In this document: one piece after another, positions 1 to 17,107 of the stretch | Layout: each line of letters begins with the position of its first letter | How positions within the stretch are numbered: position 1 is the first letter of the stretch | NCBI GenBank assembly: GCA_964016885.1 | Contig: OZ024740.1 | Coordinates: 94,984,001-95,048,000 of the forward strand | Length of the DNA stretch: 64,000 bases | Source of the DNA: Eledone cirrhosa | Lineage: Eukaryota | Direction: 5' to 3' | Position numbers and translations under genes: made by a program | Notes under the pieces: generated by a model | What the model saw: only the letters and a program-made list of their open reading frames with translations | What the model was told of the DNA's origin: nothing | The model's database searches: none

Positions 1-38
<38 letters not shown>

Positions 39-126
39 TATTTTGGTTGTTTACCGACACCACAGTATGCAGATTGGAGCACTCGACTAAGTACGCATGT
101 TGGTTTGGTTACCCCGGAGTAATGTG

Positions 127-430
<304 letters not shown>

Positions 431-670
431 GTAAAAGTTGAGAGTAAGCTGATATATATTTATGTGCCTCCAAATAGTAATGCCTCTTTGACATTTAAAT
501 TCAAGCAGACAAAATCCTTATTTAATGTAAACTGTCAAATAAAACTAATGATGGTTACTTAAAAATATTTGAACATGCAAATGCTGCTGCGATTTAGGTG
601 CACAATGCGTCATTCCCATCCACCACTCTCTAAAGAATACACAAACATACATACGCACATATATTTATAG

Positions 671-734
<64 letters not shown>

Positions 735-736
<2 letters not shown>

Positions 737-1150
737 GGTAAAAATGAAACGAAATTTCATTTCTCACTCTTAGTACGGCTATTACTTAAATATAAGTTTG
801 TATACGTACATACATATATGTATATATAGACGTACAGTAGTACGTATACATGTATACATACATGCACACCCACACACACACACATATATATACATATATA
901 TATACGTATGGATTCACCGAACATTTATTATAATGCTTGGTGTCTTTGTAAACAAATTCCCGAATTAAGCCGTACAGTGCTCATTTGTTCAACACTGACA
1001 AAGGACGCTGTGGTGGATTTGAGCATTATAATAAATGTTCGATGAATCCATACGTACATATATATATATATGTGTGCATGCATGTATATATATATACGTA
1101 CTACTGTACATCTGTATACATATATGTATGTACGTATACATACTTATATA
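735..1150 (-). mobile_element. PLE-type small element: minus-strand copy of 4860-5130 (735-1011) joined to an inverted partial copy (1021-1150)
   Basis: 735-1011 is the reverse complement of 4860-5130. 1021-1150 matches 4951-5070 in forward orientation. Flanked by (TA)n. Confidence 0.75.
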
Positions 1151-2047
1151 TATATACATATATATGAATATATATTGTGTGCATTTGTGAGTGTCCGAGC
1201 ATATATATACATAAACAGTCATGAATATTTTCTTTTAAGTTTCTGTGATAAAAATAATAGTTAAACCTTATTCATATGGTCCGTCTGTGATAAAGATTAT
1301 TATTTCATGCATTGAATCGGAAAGCAATGAATGTTTACTTTTTCTGATATCAAATTCTCTCAATAAATATAACGATTATTCAATATTCGCGAAACTGTAA
1401 TTTGTGTCTAGGTACTTGTTACTCATAAATGAAATGACAAAACAATTCATCATAATACATATTTAGCTGGAAATATTTTATCGGTATACTATAGGACACT
1501 TTTCCAGGATGAACATAACATTTACTATGATATTAATATTTCGAAAACATAATATATTTCTCATAAGTACCAATGTATCTTGAAACATTCAGTTCTGTAT
1601 TTTTCTTGTCTATTTTGCTTATATTGATGAAATGATATTTCAGAGGGTTACTCTTAAATATATATTAAAATAAAATAAACTATACCTGCATATTGAACAA
1701 TATTCCCACACATATGCAGGCGTTTTCTTAATATTTTAAGTGGATTGACAGAATCTCTACAATTTCTGACAACTAAGTTGTAAAATATAGTTACAGCTTA
1801 TTAAGGTTTTGATTTCTACCATTGCCCATGCCAGCTACGTGTCTCTTATATCCAGGCTTAATGGAAAATGATTCAATACTGAAATTAATGTAATAGACCA
1901 ACCACACAAACAAAAAATGAAACTAAAATGAAACTAGAAAACAGCAATATTATCAGTGCCTGGAACGTTGATATATCTCCATGAAAATTATGCATAGTAA
2001 AGATTGCGTTGTATGCACAAAATACATGACAAGTTAAATGAGTGCTA

Positions 2048-2190
2048 TAATAATTGTTTCTACTGTTGGCAAAAAGCCAGCAATTATCCCAGTACATTAC
2101 TGGTACTTTATTTTATCGTCCTCGTAAGGATGAAAGCCAAAGTTAACCTTGGTGGAATTTGAACTCAGAACGTAAAGGGCCGTAATACGA
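2048..2190 (-). mobile_element. tRNA-derived SINE, 5'-truncated
   Basis: Reverse complement matches the SINE at 30307-30495 (gagttcaaat B-box, gataaaataaagtaccagtaatg, agaaacaatta tail). Confidence 0.85.
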
Positions 2191-3712
2191 GCTATAATTA
2201 TGGCGAAAAATCTGACGTAAAACTTGAGAACAGCTCAGAGGGTTACAAACAATCCTATTGATTAGTGAGAAACAGTGAACTATTTTTTTCTAAATAAATA
2301 TGTCTCACACAACAAAATTGTTTCAGTCACTCTGACTTCTAAATGCAAAATATTCTATACAAAATATACTCTTAGCCACTCACGCATGTCCGTGTATGTT
2401 GTTTGCAATTTGTACAATTAGGATTTTGGATTGCATCAAACAAAAAGGGCATGACAAATGCAAAACCGGGAATGTTGTCAATTAACGTTTATTGAAACTC
2501 ATAACCTGAACAGATAGAATGGTATAACTTGTTGATGAATAATAGTTCAAAATCACCCGCATGATATCCATGAAATAAACAATATTATTTGTCGGCCGTA
2601 AGGAAGCTAGATGTGAACAGGTTCTTGGCTCCCACGTGTGGTTTAGTTAGTGGTGAGGCATTTGACAAGTATTGTGTTTTTGTTTCCTGAATACCTCACC
2701 AATTGTAGGCTCACGCTGTAACAAGTAAAATGTGATTTCGCCAGGAAGCTACAGACGGAATATAGAGATCATGATTGGTGTGATCATATTTTAACTTTTG
2801 CTATTCATATTGTTTAAAAGTATATGGATAGACGATTACGTTAAATGTAACATAAATCAAAGACAATTAAACCTCCTCTTTGTTTTCCAAAGAAACACTA
2901 TAGAGTTCAGTGATAAACAAACATAACATTTCACAGATAAGACATATTACATTTCTTTCAGATGTATCAATTTAAAGTTATCATATAAATGAATTTCTAC
3001 AGCCGGACGAATGATATATGTTTCATGAATCTCATTTCTGTATTCTTCAATAGGCTGTGATCAGTGTGTATATTCAAGTAAATTCGATGTGTATTAAATC
3101 AACATTGATAACATTTTTTAACAATTGCAATGTTACATCCATTACTGCATATTACATAAGCGATTCAGAAGAATTGTTTGAAAATTGAGGTTCGAGAAGT
3201 TTACACCTGTGACTTTCATTCTAGTGGAATTTCTTTCTTACGACATTATTATGATTTGTTTGATGTCTAAACAATTCAACCATCACATATCGTATTAATA
3301 GATGACAGAAGCGCAAAAGCATATACTAGATGAAATGGAAATATTGTTAGCTGAAGATGAAAAGGGAACTAATTATGAGTCTTGGTGAAAAGCTGGAATA
3401 TTCGCAAGAAGTCAAATAGACCACGATGTGACAAGAAAGGTATATAAAAGTGAAATGAATATTATCTGATTGCCTTTGGTTATGTCAGTAACACATATTG
3501 TGCTAAAGACAAGTCAATCCAAAGACGAAATGGATAACAAGGATATTAACCAATAAATTATACATAATGTTCCTATGTCGAGGCAGCATGCTGGACAAAA
3601 ACGCAGGTTGTCTATTTGAAGTATTGAATGAGCAAATGCATCTCACTATAACAGTACCATGCGACACCTTGTAATGCTGCAAGAAATAGCAGCCAAAATA
3701 CAGTATAATACC

Positions 3713-3900
3713 AGTCGACAAATTAAGGAGTAATTAAATATTAATTAATAGATAAGTAACCTCTAATAATTAAACATCTCAATGACTGGATGAAACATGT
3801 AGATATTATCTGATATATATAAATATTGTCAATCGTTGAGATGTTTAAGTATTAGCGACTAATTAACTCTTCCATTCAACTAGTCAATCTCCAATTCGAC
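3713..3900. repeat. Degenerate inverted repeat
   Basis: taataattaaacatctcaatgactg pairs with caatcgttgagatgtttaagtatta, and the outer gtcga pairs with tcgac. Confidence 0.55.
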
Positions 3901-4460
3901 TTTTCTCCATTTAAGGTCGCTGAAAGAAGTATAAGTCTAGAACTGTAGTCGATTCTTAGTCAGAGTATATTTCCCATTGAGCGTCTCACTGTCTATTCTT
4001 CTCGTGAGGAAATATTTTGTATTCAGGCTTTGAAAGGGGATGGGCTCCGCCAGATATTAAAACCCCCGACAGTTAAGGATTGAAAGAAAAAGATAAATTA
4101 TCATAAATTCACCTCGTTATGTACATATCAGAGAAATCAATTATCAATTTTCAATAGTTATTCAATGCGTTGTCGCCAGACAGTGCAAATGTAACTAATT
4201 TTATAGCTTGTGTTTGTCTTCGATGTGCTTGCTAATGAAAGGTTGTTTATATTTCAATAGCTGTCATAGGAAGATGAAAAGCAAACTTTATTCCATTTAC
4301 ATTTTATCTCTTATCTGATGACAATTTATTGAATACCGATAAACAACGATAATGTGATGCATATACACTTTATATAATGGGATATTGGAATAAAATAAAC
4401 TGATGTTAAATATTTGATTCAGCCTCATCTACTTTTCATAATATATATATATATATATAT

Positions 4461-4573
4461 AAGTATGTATACGTACATACATATATGTATACAGACCTAC
4501 AGTAGTATGTATTTGTATATACATACATGCACACATATATATATATATATATAGGAGGAGGTTATATTCAAAC

Positions 4574-4631
<58 letters not shown>

Positions 4632-5125
4632 GTATACATACTTATATTTAAGGAACAGCCGTACTAAGAGTGGGAAATGAAATTTCGTTTCATTTTTTCC
4701 GTTTATCGTTTTCGGTACCCCGGCCGATTAACTCACTCGATATGCAAATCAGGCTGCTCAGCCGTTAATATGCATAAGGAAAATATATACTTTCAGACGT
4801 TAAATTATCTCGCAGGAAGGTATACGTTGCTGACGATAGCTAATAAGCTTGAAACTAGTACAGCGTTCCTTGTCAGTGTTGAACAAATGAGCAACGACGG
4901 TTGCTAGACACAGTACGGCTTAATTCGCGATGTTTGTTTACAAACACACCGAGCATTATAATAAATGTTCGGTGAATCCATACGTACATATATATATATG
5001 TGTGCATGTATATATATACATACTACTGTACGTATGTATACATATATGTATGTACGTATACATACATATATTTAAGTAACAGCCGTACGAAGAGTGAGGA
5101 ATGAAATCTCGTTTCATTCTTTTCC

Positions 5126-5130
<5 letters not shown>
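4461..5130 (+). mobile_element. PLE/retrozyme-like small element: ~424-bp unit with terminal direct repeat and upstream inverted partial copy
   Basis: 4625-4705 is repeated at 5050-5130, and 4461-4545 is inverted relative to 4990-5065. Contains a hammerhead and sits in (TA)n. Confidence 0.7.
4824..4866 (+). ncRNA. Minimal type I hammerhead ribozyme
   Basis: acgttg-CTGACGA-t agc taataa gct t-GAAA-CTAG-TA-cagcgt. Stem I is acgttg/cagcgt and stem III is the palindrome ACTAGT. Confidence 0.8.
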
Positions 5131-5181
<51 letters not shown>

Positions 5182-5312
5182 CAATTTATTTAATAAGAAA
5201 AAGAGAATTATTCGGAAACTCTCTACATAAATTTGGAAGAACCTTTCAAGCATTATACACATTTCGAAAATAATATTGACTATGAATAATTCGTGAAATA
5301 ATATTAACTTTG

Positions 5313-5409
5313 TTAACTTTGCATTTCATCCTTATGGGGTCGATAAAATAAAGTACCAGTAATGCACCGGGTAATTGCAGGCCCTGTGCCAAAAGTAGAA
5401 CAATTATTA
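5313..5409 (+). mobile_element. tRNA-derived SINE, 3' half
   Basis: Matches 30401-30495. Confidence 0.85.
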
Positions 5410-6592
5410 ATATATATATAACGTTTTGTCTTACCTTAAAATGTGTATATCGTTTTTATATAGTAAATTAATCTGATAATGAGACTCGGTATCCTAAGTT
5501 TTGATTTCTAATGGTCATTGTGTAACTAGAAATTTCTGAATTTGCGGTTTGAAATATATTTTGGCTTTCAAAGTACTTAAATATCTTAAATGTTCACATA
5601 TGATGAACGATTTATCTTCCTTTGTATATATTCTTCGTAAAAAATTTTGTTCTGTCCAAATGGATTACTAATGTATATTTAACATGATTTATACATTTTA
5701 ATAATATACGAAAAATCCTTAAAGGGAAAATATAAAAAATAAAATGTAATTACGGAAGTAAAATCGAAATAATAATATATGCTAAGAGTAAATACAACTA
5801 CTAATGAATCCTGTCATGAAATGACAACCAATGAATTGGAATGATTTTATAATTAAAATAGAATAATTCAGATAATAATTATTAACATTATATAATATAT
5901 ATATATATATACTGATGGTGGTATATGCATGGGTTTTAGTAAATATCCTTATACATATTTAATATGTATTTAAACCTGCTTTAAAGATAAAAATGTGTTT
6001 TAATATTGTAACAAAATATTGTAACAAAATATTAATTAAACTATGCTTCTGATTAATATACAAAATAATATATTTGTATAATTAGCTTAAACATAACCAA
6101 ATACAAAAGGTATTAAAAAATGCCATGGTATTTAATTGGTCGCTTCTAGTTGACTTAATATTTGAAAGCAACAGTCACACATCATTTCTCTTCTTTCATT
6201 TTTGCTGTTACGTCTTTCTTCTATCTCTCTCTCTCTCTCTCTTCCTTTTTCTTCCCTAACACATGTATTTACGCATTTAAATATTTATGTATGTATATAT
6301 TTATTTTCTTCTTGCATTTCTTCATACTCACCCCCTCCTTATACCGATAACTCGCTCCACATCCTTCTCTTCATTAAATTTAATTTTATCATGTTATTAT
6401 TTGTGGTATATAAATGTTGCGATTTGTTGTAATAAATCACTGCCAATACTGGAATTGAACATTAAGACCGTTGAGATATGTCATACATCAATTCATGTAC
6501 TTATATCTGACGAGGATGTACAGTACCTTCAAAATATATATAATAAAATATATATTTTAATTATGTGAATGTCTTCTTTTATTAATATTCTG

Positions 6593-6774
<182 letters not shown>

Positions 6775-7414
6775 AACCAGTAAGACCACACAAAAAAACA
6801 ATTAAACAAGATTATAATATTAACAGGCACCTATGAAGAAATAATAGATAAATAACCGATAGCAATCTATTCACGATCAACAGCCATAGGATATTTACCC
6901 ACCATTTCTAATAGCACGTGGAAATCGATTAGATATATCGTCAACCATACACAATTAGGTACAAAATCAAAGTTAGAAGGAAAAATGTATATAAGCATAC
7001 GAACATTATGTTTCTACCCCATGAGGTTACATTCGCCTTTCGGAAATATCCGATCAAGGATAAATTCACGAGTTTCAAAATCATTAGGAAACATTCAATT
7101 GGACGAATATTTTGCGTAAATGATACCCCCTCCCAGAAACGAATTCAAAATGGACGTAATTTATTGTATATTGCTCTGATTGTTGATTATTTAATTAATT
7201 AATTCGTCATTGAGCCACATCGTGAATGGTTGCCAAAAACACATATATATATATATATCTATGACTTTGTCTAGTTTATGCATAAGGTAAATTTGTATAC
7301 ATATATATATATGTATGTGTGTGTGCGTGTGTGTAAAAGTTAAATATAAGTAAAAACACAATCGGTACAGCATATGGAAGGTATATATTAGGTTAACGCT
7401 TGATAGAGAAGGAA

Positions 7415-7460
7415 TAGGGTATTAACGTTTCGGACGCTAGTCCTTCATCAGACGAAAGAA
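7415..7460 (-). ncRNA. Minimal hammerhead-like motif (stem I poorly paired)
   Basis: Minus strand reads CTGATGA-a-ggac tagc gtcc-GAAACGTTA, with palindromic AACGTT. Confidence 0.55.
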
Positions 7461-7552
7461 TGAGAAATAAAATAGATTAAGGGGACGGGCGGGATGGAAT
7501 TGAAAAAAATGTCTTTAGATAAAAATAATAGGTCCATTCATGTTAACATCTC

Positions 7553-7589
<37 letters not shown>

Positions 7590-9493
7590 CGTGGGCGTGT
7601 GCGTGTGCGTGTGTGTGTGTGTGCGGGATTGAGTCAGTGTATGTGTGTGTGTATTTGTTCTTTTTTGTGTCGGGGAGTTTATACAGCGAACGTCTGCAGT
7701 ACTGATACCGAATAGTACTTTATACATTGGTAGGAGGCGCAAGATTTCGAGCATGTTTCACTGAAAATAAACAATCTGATCGTAAACGATAAGTCTAATG
7801 ATAATGGAAAACATTTTGATATATAACGTGTAAATATAATTAGTATGCCAGTAACATTGTTATTGTATGGAGAGGAATGCTGGTTCGGTTGGTAAGAATA
7901 AATTATTTATTTCATAAAAAAAGAACCGTTATTACGTTATGGAACCATACACTTATAAAGAAAAATATAATGTTTATATATGAGGCGAGAATTTTGTAAC
8001 AACGGAGTTATATATGAGCGAATAAATATCTGTTTGGGAATGATATATTAAATAATAGTTATCAAATTTGCATTGTCACATAGAACAATTAAAATATAAA
8101 CATATTGCAGATACTCTAGATAATTACTGTCAAATTCAAAATCTCTAGAGTCAAGAATTTAAAAGTCTAAAGCTTATGATGCTCATGGGGAAACGAATAA
8201 ACTCAAACCGATATGTTGTGACAACTTAATAAACTTCATTCTGAATTTAACGTATGTTCTAATTTGTTTCACTGCCATTAGTTCCATTTAAACTCTAAAT
8301 ACAGTTTTGGGGATTATGATTTTCGTATTTGTATAGCACTTTATGTCAATAGTTTTGTTCTTTAAGAAGCAGAGATATTTCTACTTGAGATGAAATGTTG
8401 AAGAAACTTAAAATTAAGAGGAATGTTTATGCGTGTGGTATTTGAGGATTTGAAAAACATGTTAGACTTTGTATATTTACTTCGTTCTTTTAGTGAATGT
8501 TTCAGAATGTACTAGATATTAGTATGGCATAATATCAGATGCTTTGTGCGTCGATGTAGATGTTCCAAAGCTACTTGCGAATAACTGATATTTCGTAATT
8601 TCTAAAAAGTATATGACTGTAAATATTTTAATATCAAATCACCTTGTTTATGAAAGTTCCCAATAAACTATATAATATTATTGCGTTCATGTTTTGCTTT
8701 TGGTAGGTTCTTGGGAAATCATGTACATTTGGAAATGGTCATCTGGCAACTTTTGGTAATAAAATCCCAAATACTATTTTATTTTAACTTAAGTATTATC
8801 TGTTATTATATATTCATGTTTACGTCAAATCGCTTTCGTCATACATGACGTATCATCCTCAATGAATATCAGTTCTGTTTACTCAATCTTGAAAGCTTTC
8901 AAAATAATGGTGTAATTAGAGTAAGCTCAGAAAGCAGAAAAGACACAGAGTTACAGAGACAAAAGTCATTGAGGAGGTCACGACATTTGACGAGAGATCT
9001 TTAATGAAGTTGCGAATAAATATATAAAGGATACTGAATTGAAGATCAAAATGTGCGTGCGTTTTCATTAGCAAAATGACCATCCGGGAATATAACAATA
9101 TTTAATGAGTCAGCGAATTGCATGACACAGCCACATGAAAATATGTTTGAATCATTAGAATCAAAAGAAAATCCGCTATTTTTATATTGTTCTGGCATCT
9201 CAAATTAGTACCATTGAACCACACATATTATAAACACCTTGTATGTTTCTACAAGTACATAGTACCTGTGGAAGTATTCATCCACTTTTATAATTGTTCT
9301 CCTTATGTAGAGAACAAAACGTTGAATAATGCCGATAGTTGCAGTGGCAATATCAACATGTTTATAATAAACAGCTATTATCTGCGACCTGATTTTGCGT
9401 GTGTGTCATTTTAATGGCCTGACCGCATGTGTTGGGCAGGTAGCGAAATATTTACTTACTATGGGGCTAGCAACCTTATGGTGTGGAAATGAG

Positions 9494-9571
9494 CTGTCTG
9501 AAGATTAATTTCTTTCCATTGGAAATTCTCTGGATTTCCAATCTTTCGGAATGATGAAACCGTCGGTACAG
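9494..9571 (+). ncRNA. Type I hammerhead-like motif with long stem II
   Basis: ctgt-CTGAAGA-[attggaaattc/ggatttccaat hairpin]-GAAA-CCGTCGG-T-acag. The register at position 17 is imperfect. Confidence 0.5.
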
Positions 9572-9643
9572 TAATTGAACAGGTGATTATTTAAATTGTT
9601 TTTTAATTCATTTAAAGAATTGTTTGATAACCGCTTGTTCCGC

Positions 9644-11470
<1,827 letters not shown>

Positions 11471-11472
11471 CA

Positions 11473-11511
<39 letters not shown>

Positions 11512-11652
11512 AGGAGGTGTAACTTGGAGTTACTGCAGGTTCACCCGGTAGAGCACTCGATGTTTAGATTCACTTCTGTAATGAGGTGTAGAGCTATACA
11601 AAGTGTAATATATTGAAAGGATAACAAGCACGATTGGTTACTCCTTCATTAC

Positions 11653-11720
<68 letters not shown>

Positions 11721-12190
11721 TGTATAATGTGTAGAGAAACAAGAAGAATAACAAAATAAACTAAGGGAGTAATATATACGTATGACCACATTGTTTGTGT
11801 TTTTGAGTGATTTGCATTGAAAGAGTCTCTGAAACTACATATATTTTTTTATAAAGGATTTGTCGTTAAATCTATACCAATAATTTGAATTAATCCATTA
11901 CAATTGAAAGTGAATATATTTCATGAGGAGAAATATGAATTTTATGTTCATTTATATATTTATATATATATATTTAACATAAATATGTAATAAAATATCT
12001 CCTATTTAAGAGTGGGACGCTTAATTTAAATTGAAAAGCATAATAAAAAACTTACAGATTGAAATATTCTCACGTTCCTAAATAATGGATAAGGAAATGA
12101 AATATATATAAATACATCCATGTAAAGCAAAATCTACTCTACCTCCGGATTAATAAATAGTTATGTGCATACATATATATATTTATATAT

Positions 12191-12248
12191 GTTACCCGGA
12201 GATTTACCCATCTGCATCGTTGAGGCTTCCTAAACGGCTGAAAGAAAT

Positions 12249-12257
<9 letters not shown>
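12191..12257 (+). repeat. Dispersed repeat ending at (TA)n (copy 1 of 3)
   Basis: gttacccggagatttacccatctgcatcgttgaggcttcc is also found at 19418 and 63675. Confidence 0.75.
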
Positions 12258-12347
<90 letters not shown>

Positions 12348-12371
12348 TCGTTCCTATATATATATATATTA

Positions 12372-12493
12372 AAGAGTAGGACCCCGACGGCTGAGCTCAA
12401 GCCGTTTCGATGGCTAATTCTGGGGACTGAATTAGCAGTCCAGAATTAGCCGTCGAAACGGCTTGAGCTCAGCCGTGGGGGTCCGACGATCTT
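12372..12493. repeat. GC-rich near-perfect palindrome
   Basis: ggaccccgacggctgagctcaagccgtttcgatggctaattctgg pairs with ccagaattagccgtcgaaacggcttgagctcagccgtgggggtcc. Confidence 0.9.
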
Positions 12494-12740
12494 ATAGACA
12501 CCTGAAATATAGGCATTGTTAGCTTAAGAGAAACTTAAAAATAAGGAGTGGCACCCCAACCACAACTTGTTTATACAATTATTTCTGCCGTTGTCGTTCT
12601 AAATATAATTTATAGCTTTAAAGAATTAGCTTTTAATGCATTCCCTTTTCTATCAACCAACGACCTCTACCCATCCCACTCCCCACCCTCTCCTTCCACC
12701 TGAAAAGACCTATATATTCTAATTTTAATTTTGGATTCCC

Positions 12741-12791
12741 AGATTCCTGATGATTTCTAAAGAATGAAACAGTTCTAGTCCTGTAGAATCT
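12741..12791 (+). ncRNA. Type I hammerhead ribozyme
   Basis: agattc-CTGATGA-t ttct aa agaa t-GAAA-CAG ttctagtc CTG-TA-gaatct. All three stems pair. Confidence 0.75.
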
Positions 12792-12875
12792 CATCTATAT
12801 TAAAACTTTTATACTCTGCTATATATTGAGTACCTTACTTACTGTGGTTACCTCTGATTCAACCCGGAATAACGC

Positions 12876-12911
<36 letters not shown>

Positions 12912-15900
12912 GCGTGTGTATATATATAAACACACACACACTCTCACATATAAAGCGTGCTTTAAACCGTCGATTCTGTATGCGCTAACATATTTCTGTC
13001 TGTTCAGTACTTTAGTAACAGTATGAATACATTCATAAATATTTTGAGTGAGAAACATTTTAATATATAGAAAAATGTAAAATCAGGGTCTCTAAATTAA
13101 AGATGTAAGCATGTTGACTTCCATATTGTATTAAACTTATAGCAAATTATATCCTTACTGAAATAGTTGAGTCTTCGTACGCATTGTGTATAAAACGTGA
13201 TTCAAATTGTGAGAAGTACGGCAAATTGGATTCAGAGTGTCGTTGAAGAATATTACCTTTAATACATGTTAGAAGGGATATGCTGTTCAAATTTGCTGCA
13301 TTGCTCGAGTAGCAAAAACTATTTCAAAATATCAGTACTCCTTCATTTGCATGTTCGATTTTATCAGAAGTAGTAATACAAATATAATTTTGTTACTGCA
13401 ATTGACTTTAAGTAAAGGAACCGATCGACAGTTCGTATCAACTACGTTTTCATTCTCCTTTCTGTTATTCATAATATCTGCCGATCGCCAAATTAAAAAA
13501 CAAAGAAACGAAACGGGATTCAGAGTCAGAATGCACCTCTTTGAATCAGGTACTACTAAGCATCTCGCTAGATTGTTGAATAATCCGTCAATCAAACACC
13601 TCAGACGAGTATTTTATTTAGCCGCAAGGAAAATATGAAAGACATAACCGACATCAGTGATATTTACATTCTGTGCTCAGGCGAATGGAACAAACAACGA
13701 ATCATCATTAAACTTAATGAATCATGTTTCGTTAAAAAGAAAATTAAATAATATGTGAGAGAAAGCAATTTCCCTATCACATATATAGGATTATCATGTG
13801 TAATGCGTCGGTGTCTATAACTTGTTTTTGTTTTAATATAGAAACTTATGTACTATTATCAGAAACATTTTAAAATTCCTCAAGAACTTAATATTCAATA
13901 TGGGCTGAATATTCTATAGGTTGGAAGAAGTTGAATCCTTAATCCAGAAACCATTTGTCCCTTTAGGGAATTTGTGGATAATGAATATCATGGTATCTAT
14001 GTTTAATGAAAATAATATTCGAAGGAACTGATGCAGAAATACTGTTTTCTTTTCTTATACATTTCACACTCTATTCCAACAACGACGTTTCGTTACAGAA
14101 TCCAATTAAAATTGATATAGGGCAGGAATTATATATACTTAATTGAGTACGTGTGTCAAAAAGATACGTATTATTCAAGATGTGTGTAAGTAAACGAACA
14201 AAAAATAACCAACTAACACGAGTGGAGACGTCGCGTAATTAGGAAAACGATAGACTGGAGATTGATTAGTATACTGCATTTAAATTCCACACATGAACAG
14301 GCAGTTTTTTTCACTCCTGTAAATTTAAACAATCATACCTGCGCTCTCTACATCGAATAGAAGGGTAGCAACAGAAATGCAAAAGAAAGAAAAAGCCAAA
14401 AAAGCAGCTAAAACAACCAAAAGCACGCAAACCGATTGAACCGTCTCTATCCCGAGAAAACTGAAAGTAAACCTGATCACATTATTTTTTTCGTTTGGCT
14501 TACAGAAAGAAATTTAAGAGAATATTTTCTTGGGAAATGGAAGATATAAACTATATGTTATTTGGTGTCAGTACTTTTATATTTATTTCATTCTTGAATT
14601 TCTTGAATCTCCACTTTACCTTTCTAGGAAACAAATTTATCATTTATATATCCTTTGAGGGTTTTATTTAATATTGTTTCACCTTACTCCAATGGCTAAA
14701 CAGATATCCATCCAGGAACTGCTTTTCTATATTTTTTCGGTTTTATACATTCAAAAAATAATGTTTGTTATTCATTGATCTGTAGAATTGGCACAGCCTC
14801 ATTAGAGTGGAATATAATAATATTTGTCTTAGTTTTGCTATTTCTATTAGAACGTTCTCCGAGGAATGGAACGGAATCTGATATTTTCCTTTTTCTTTTA
14901 TTTAATTTTTCATTTTCCAGAATATAACTGCTTGGCTTGTCAAGAGAAAGTTTGCAGGAATATATCACTAACTTCTCCAAATACTTCCAATATTGTGACG
15001 TGGCCCTGAACTGGATAAAAGCAATAAATATAATATATTTATTTATATATTTTATATTGATAAATCTTCAAAATATTTATCTCGACATATCTTTATGAAC
15101 AGAGGAGAATATTTATACATATATAAATGTTGACACGGATAATTCACTTTAGTTAGGCAATAGAATACTATCTATTTACTGTGTTGCCAAAAACAACTCA
15201 AATATTTCATAGAGTGGAATGAGTTGTATGCCTTGACCAACGAGAAACCTTTATATTTTGAGCCACTTATCCTTCGTAAGCGAGACCTATTCGAGTTAAA
15301 TAGATCAAACATTACGCATCAAAGGATTGTAGAGTTATCTGTATGGGCAGAAATAGATGTAAATCCACTGTGATGTAGGGTAAGAATCTGTGAATCTTAA
15401 ATACAGCCCGTTACATAAAGCTAAGTAGTTATTTCAATGGAGTGGATGAAGAACGGCGAAGGAACAGCCAAACAGAAAAGCATCAAGGAATAAGAATTGT
15501 AAAGGAATTAATGCACATATATTCAGCAAATGATACTCCTAAAACAGAATTATGCTTTAGAAATGTTATGGATATGTCGTAACGTAATTGTGGATATTAT
15601 GATATACATTTAATCGAAAACAATTTGAGTACGTAATAATATCTCATATAGAAATTTACACACATCCTAGACAACAATCGATCATATTCTTCTTTTAGAT
15701 GATATGAATTTTAATGATATGAATTCATTTTTCAGAACCTACTGAGTTCAAATCGGGCTTTCACTAGCTTGGAGCTTTTGGAAATATAGAAGTCTACATT
15801 TATATTTTTTTATTATGCTTACATCCTGATGTAGTTTAAGTGCCTAGAAGCAGTAATCTGATACTTGCGAGACTTTATTTGAGTGCATCCCGTCACCCGC

Positions 15901-16589
15901 TTTAATACAATGTATCTAGTTTTTGGTGACATTACACGCTCTACTTGGTTATTTCGATAATTATTATATGCAATATAATATTTATTAAGTATATTACTTA
16001 CATCTACATTCCTTAATAACATGACTACCAAAGTTATCCTCATGCGCATTGATATTAACAGCGATCGTCTCGAACAAATACGTCAACATCACAATAATTA
16101 TGTTCCTAAATATCGTTCAGCTTCATCAAAACTATTTTGATTATCGTCGACCTCATTTTGTTGTTCACATGATTGTTAGATGTAATAGATTCGATAAAAG
16201 TTCAATGACGTGTGTTTATATGATATTATAATTATTATAGTTCATGCTAGTTAATTACTTCATATTTCAAAAGAAAAGCTTTCCCAAGAACTCCTTTTAA
16301 ATTACATAGTCCATGGTATGACTTCATATTTAATATGACAGCATATTTGTTATATTTTTAAATGGATAATGAATAATCAAAATATGAATATATTCTTTAA
16401 AGGAAAACATTACACATGGTCTATCATATATAATCCCTCTTCCAATAAACAATTCTGATGATTGAAATTAATATTATGTTCATTATTAGATGTGTTCCTA
16501 TGCTGATTTGATGCGTCCTGAGCGTTTCACTTTTTTATGAATTGCTAGACGATCATATTATCAAGGACTCATATGCTAGATGATGGACC

Positions 16590-16745
16590 ACCCACATACA
16601 TACACGCACAAACACACACATACACATATAGAAACACAATCACACACATACATATACATACACACACCCACGCACGCACACACACCCACACACATACATA
16701 CCCACACGCACACACACACACATATACACACACACAAACACTCAC

Positions 16746-16777
<32 letters not shown>

Positions 16778-16778
16778 T
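16590..16778. repeat. (CA)n/(TA)n microsatellite
   Basis: Direct inspection. Confidence 0.9.
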
Positions 16779-17107
16779 TAAAATTAACTCACTTACTAAA
16801 ACTTACTCTGTGTGTATATAAATGTTACTAGATGTAAATTCCTTATAATTATCTCCAATTCATTTGGCGAGCAATGTTTGGCCAGGATGGTAGTAAGCTG
16901 GCCGCTATCTTAATAACCACTCGCTTTCCACTGATTGACCTCGATGTCACGTGATTGATTATTTTTGAATTTGCCACAGACGAGGAGACAGTGATTTTCT
17001 CAATGGCTTGGAATCCAGTCCACGCTTTGCTATTTCCATTCCACTGAATTATTTTTTTAATAAGTTTCCAGTGTCCTCGCTATGCCTGGAGACCTATACG
17101 GAAAAAG

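Noticed and set aside
3300-3440. Purine-rich exon-like stretch (MTEAQKHILDEMEILLAEDEKG...)
   Set aside because: It has an in-frame stop after ~28 codons, no recognisable domain and no partner exons
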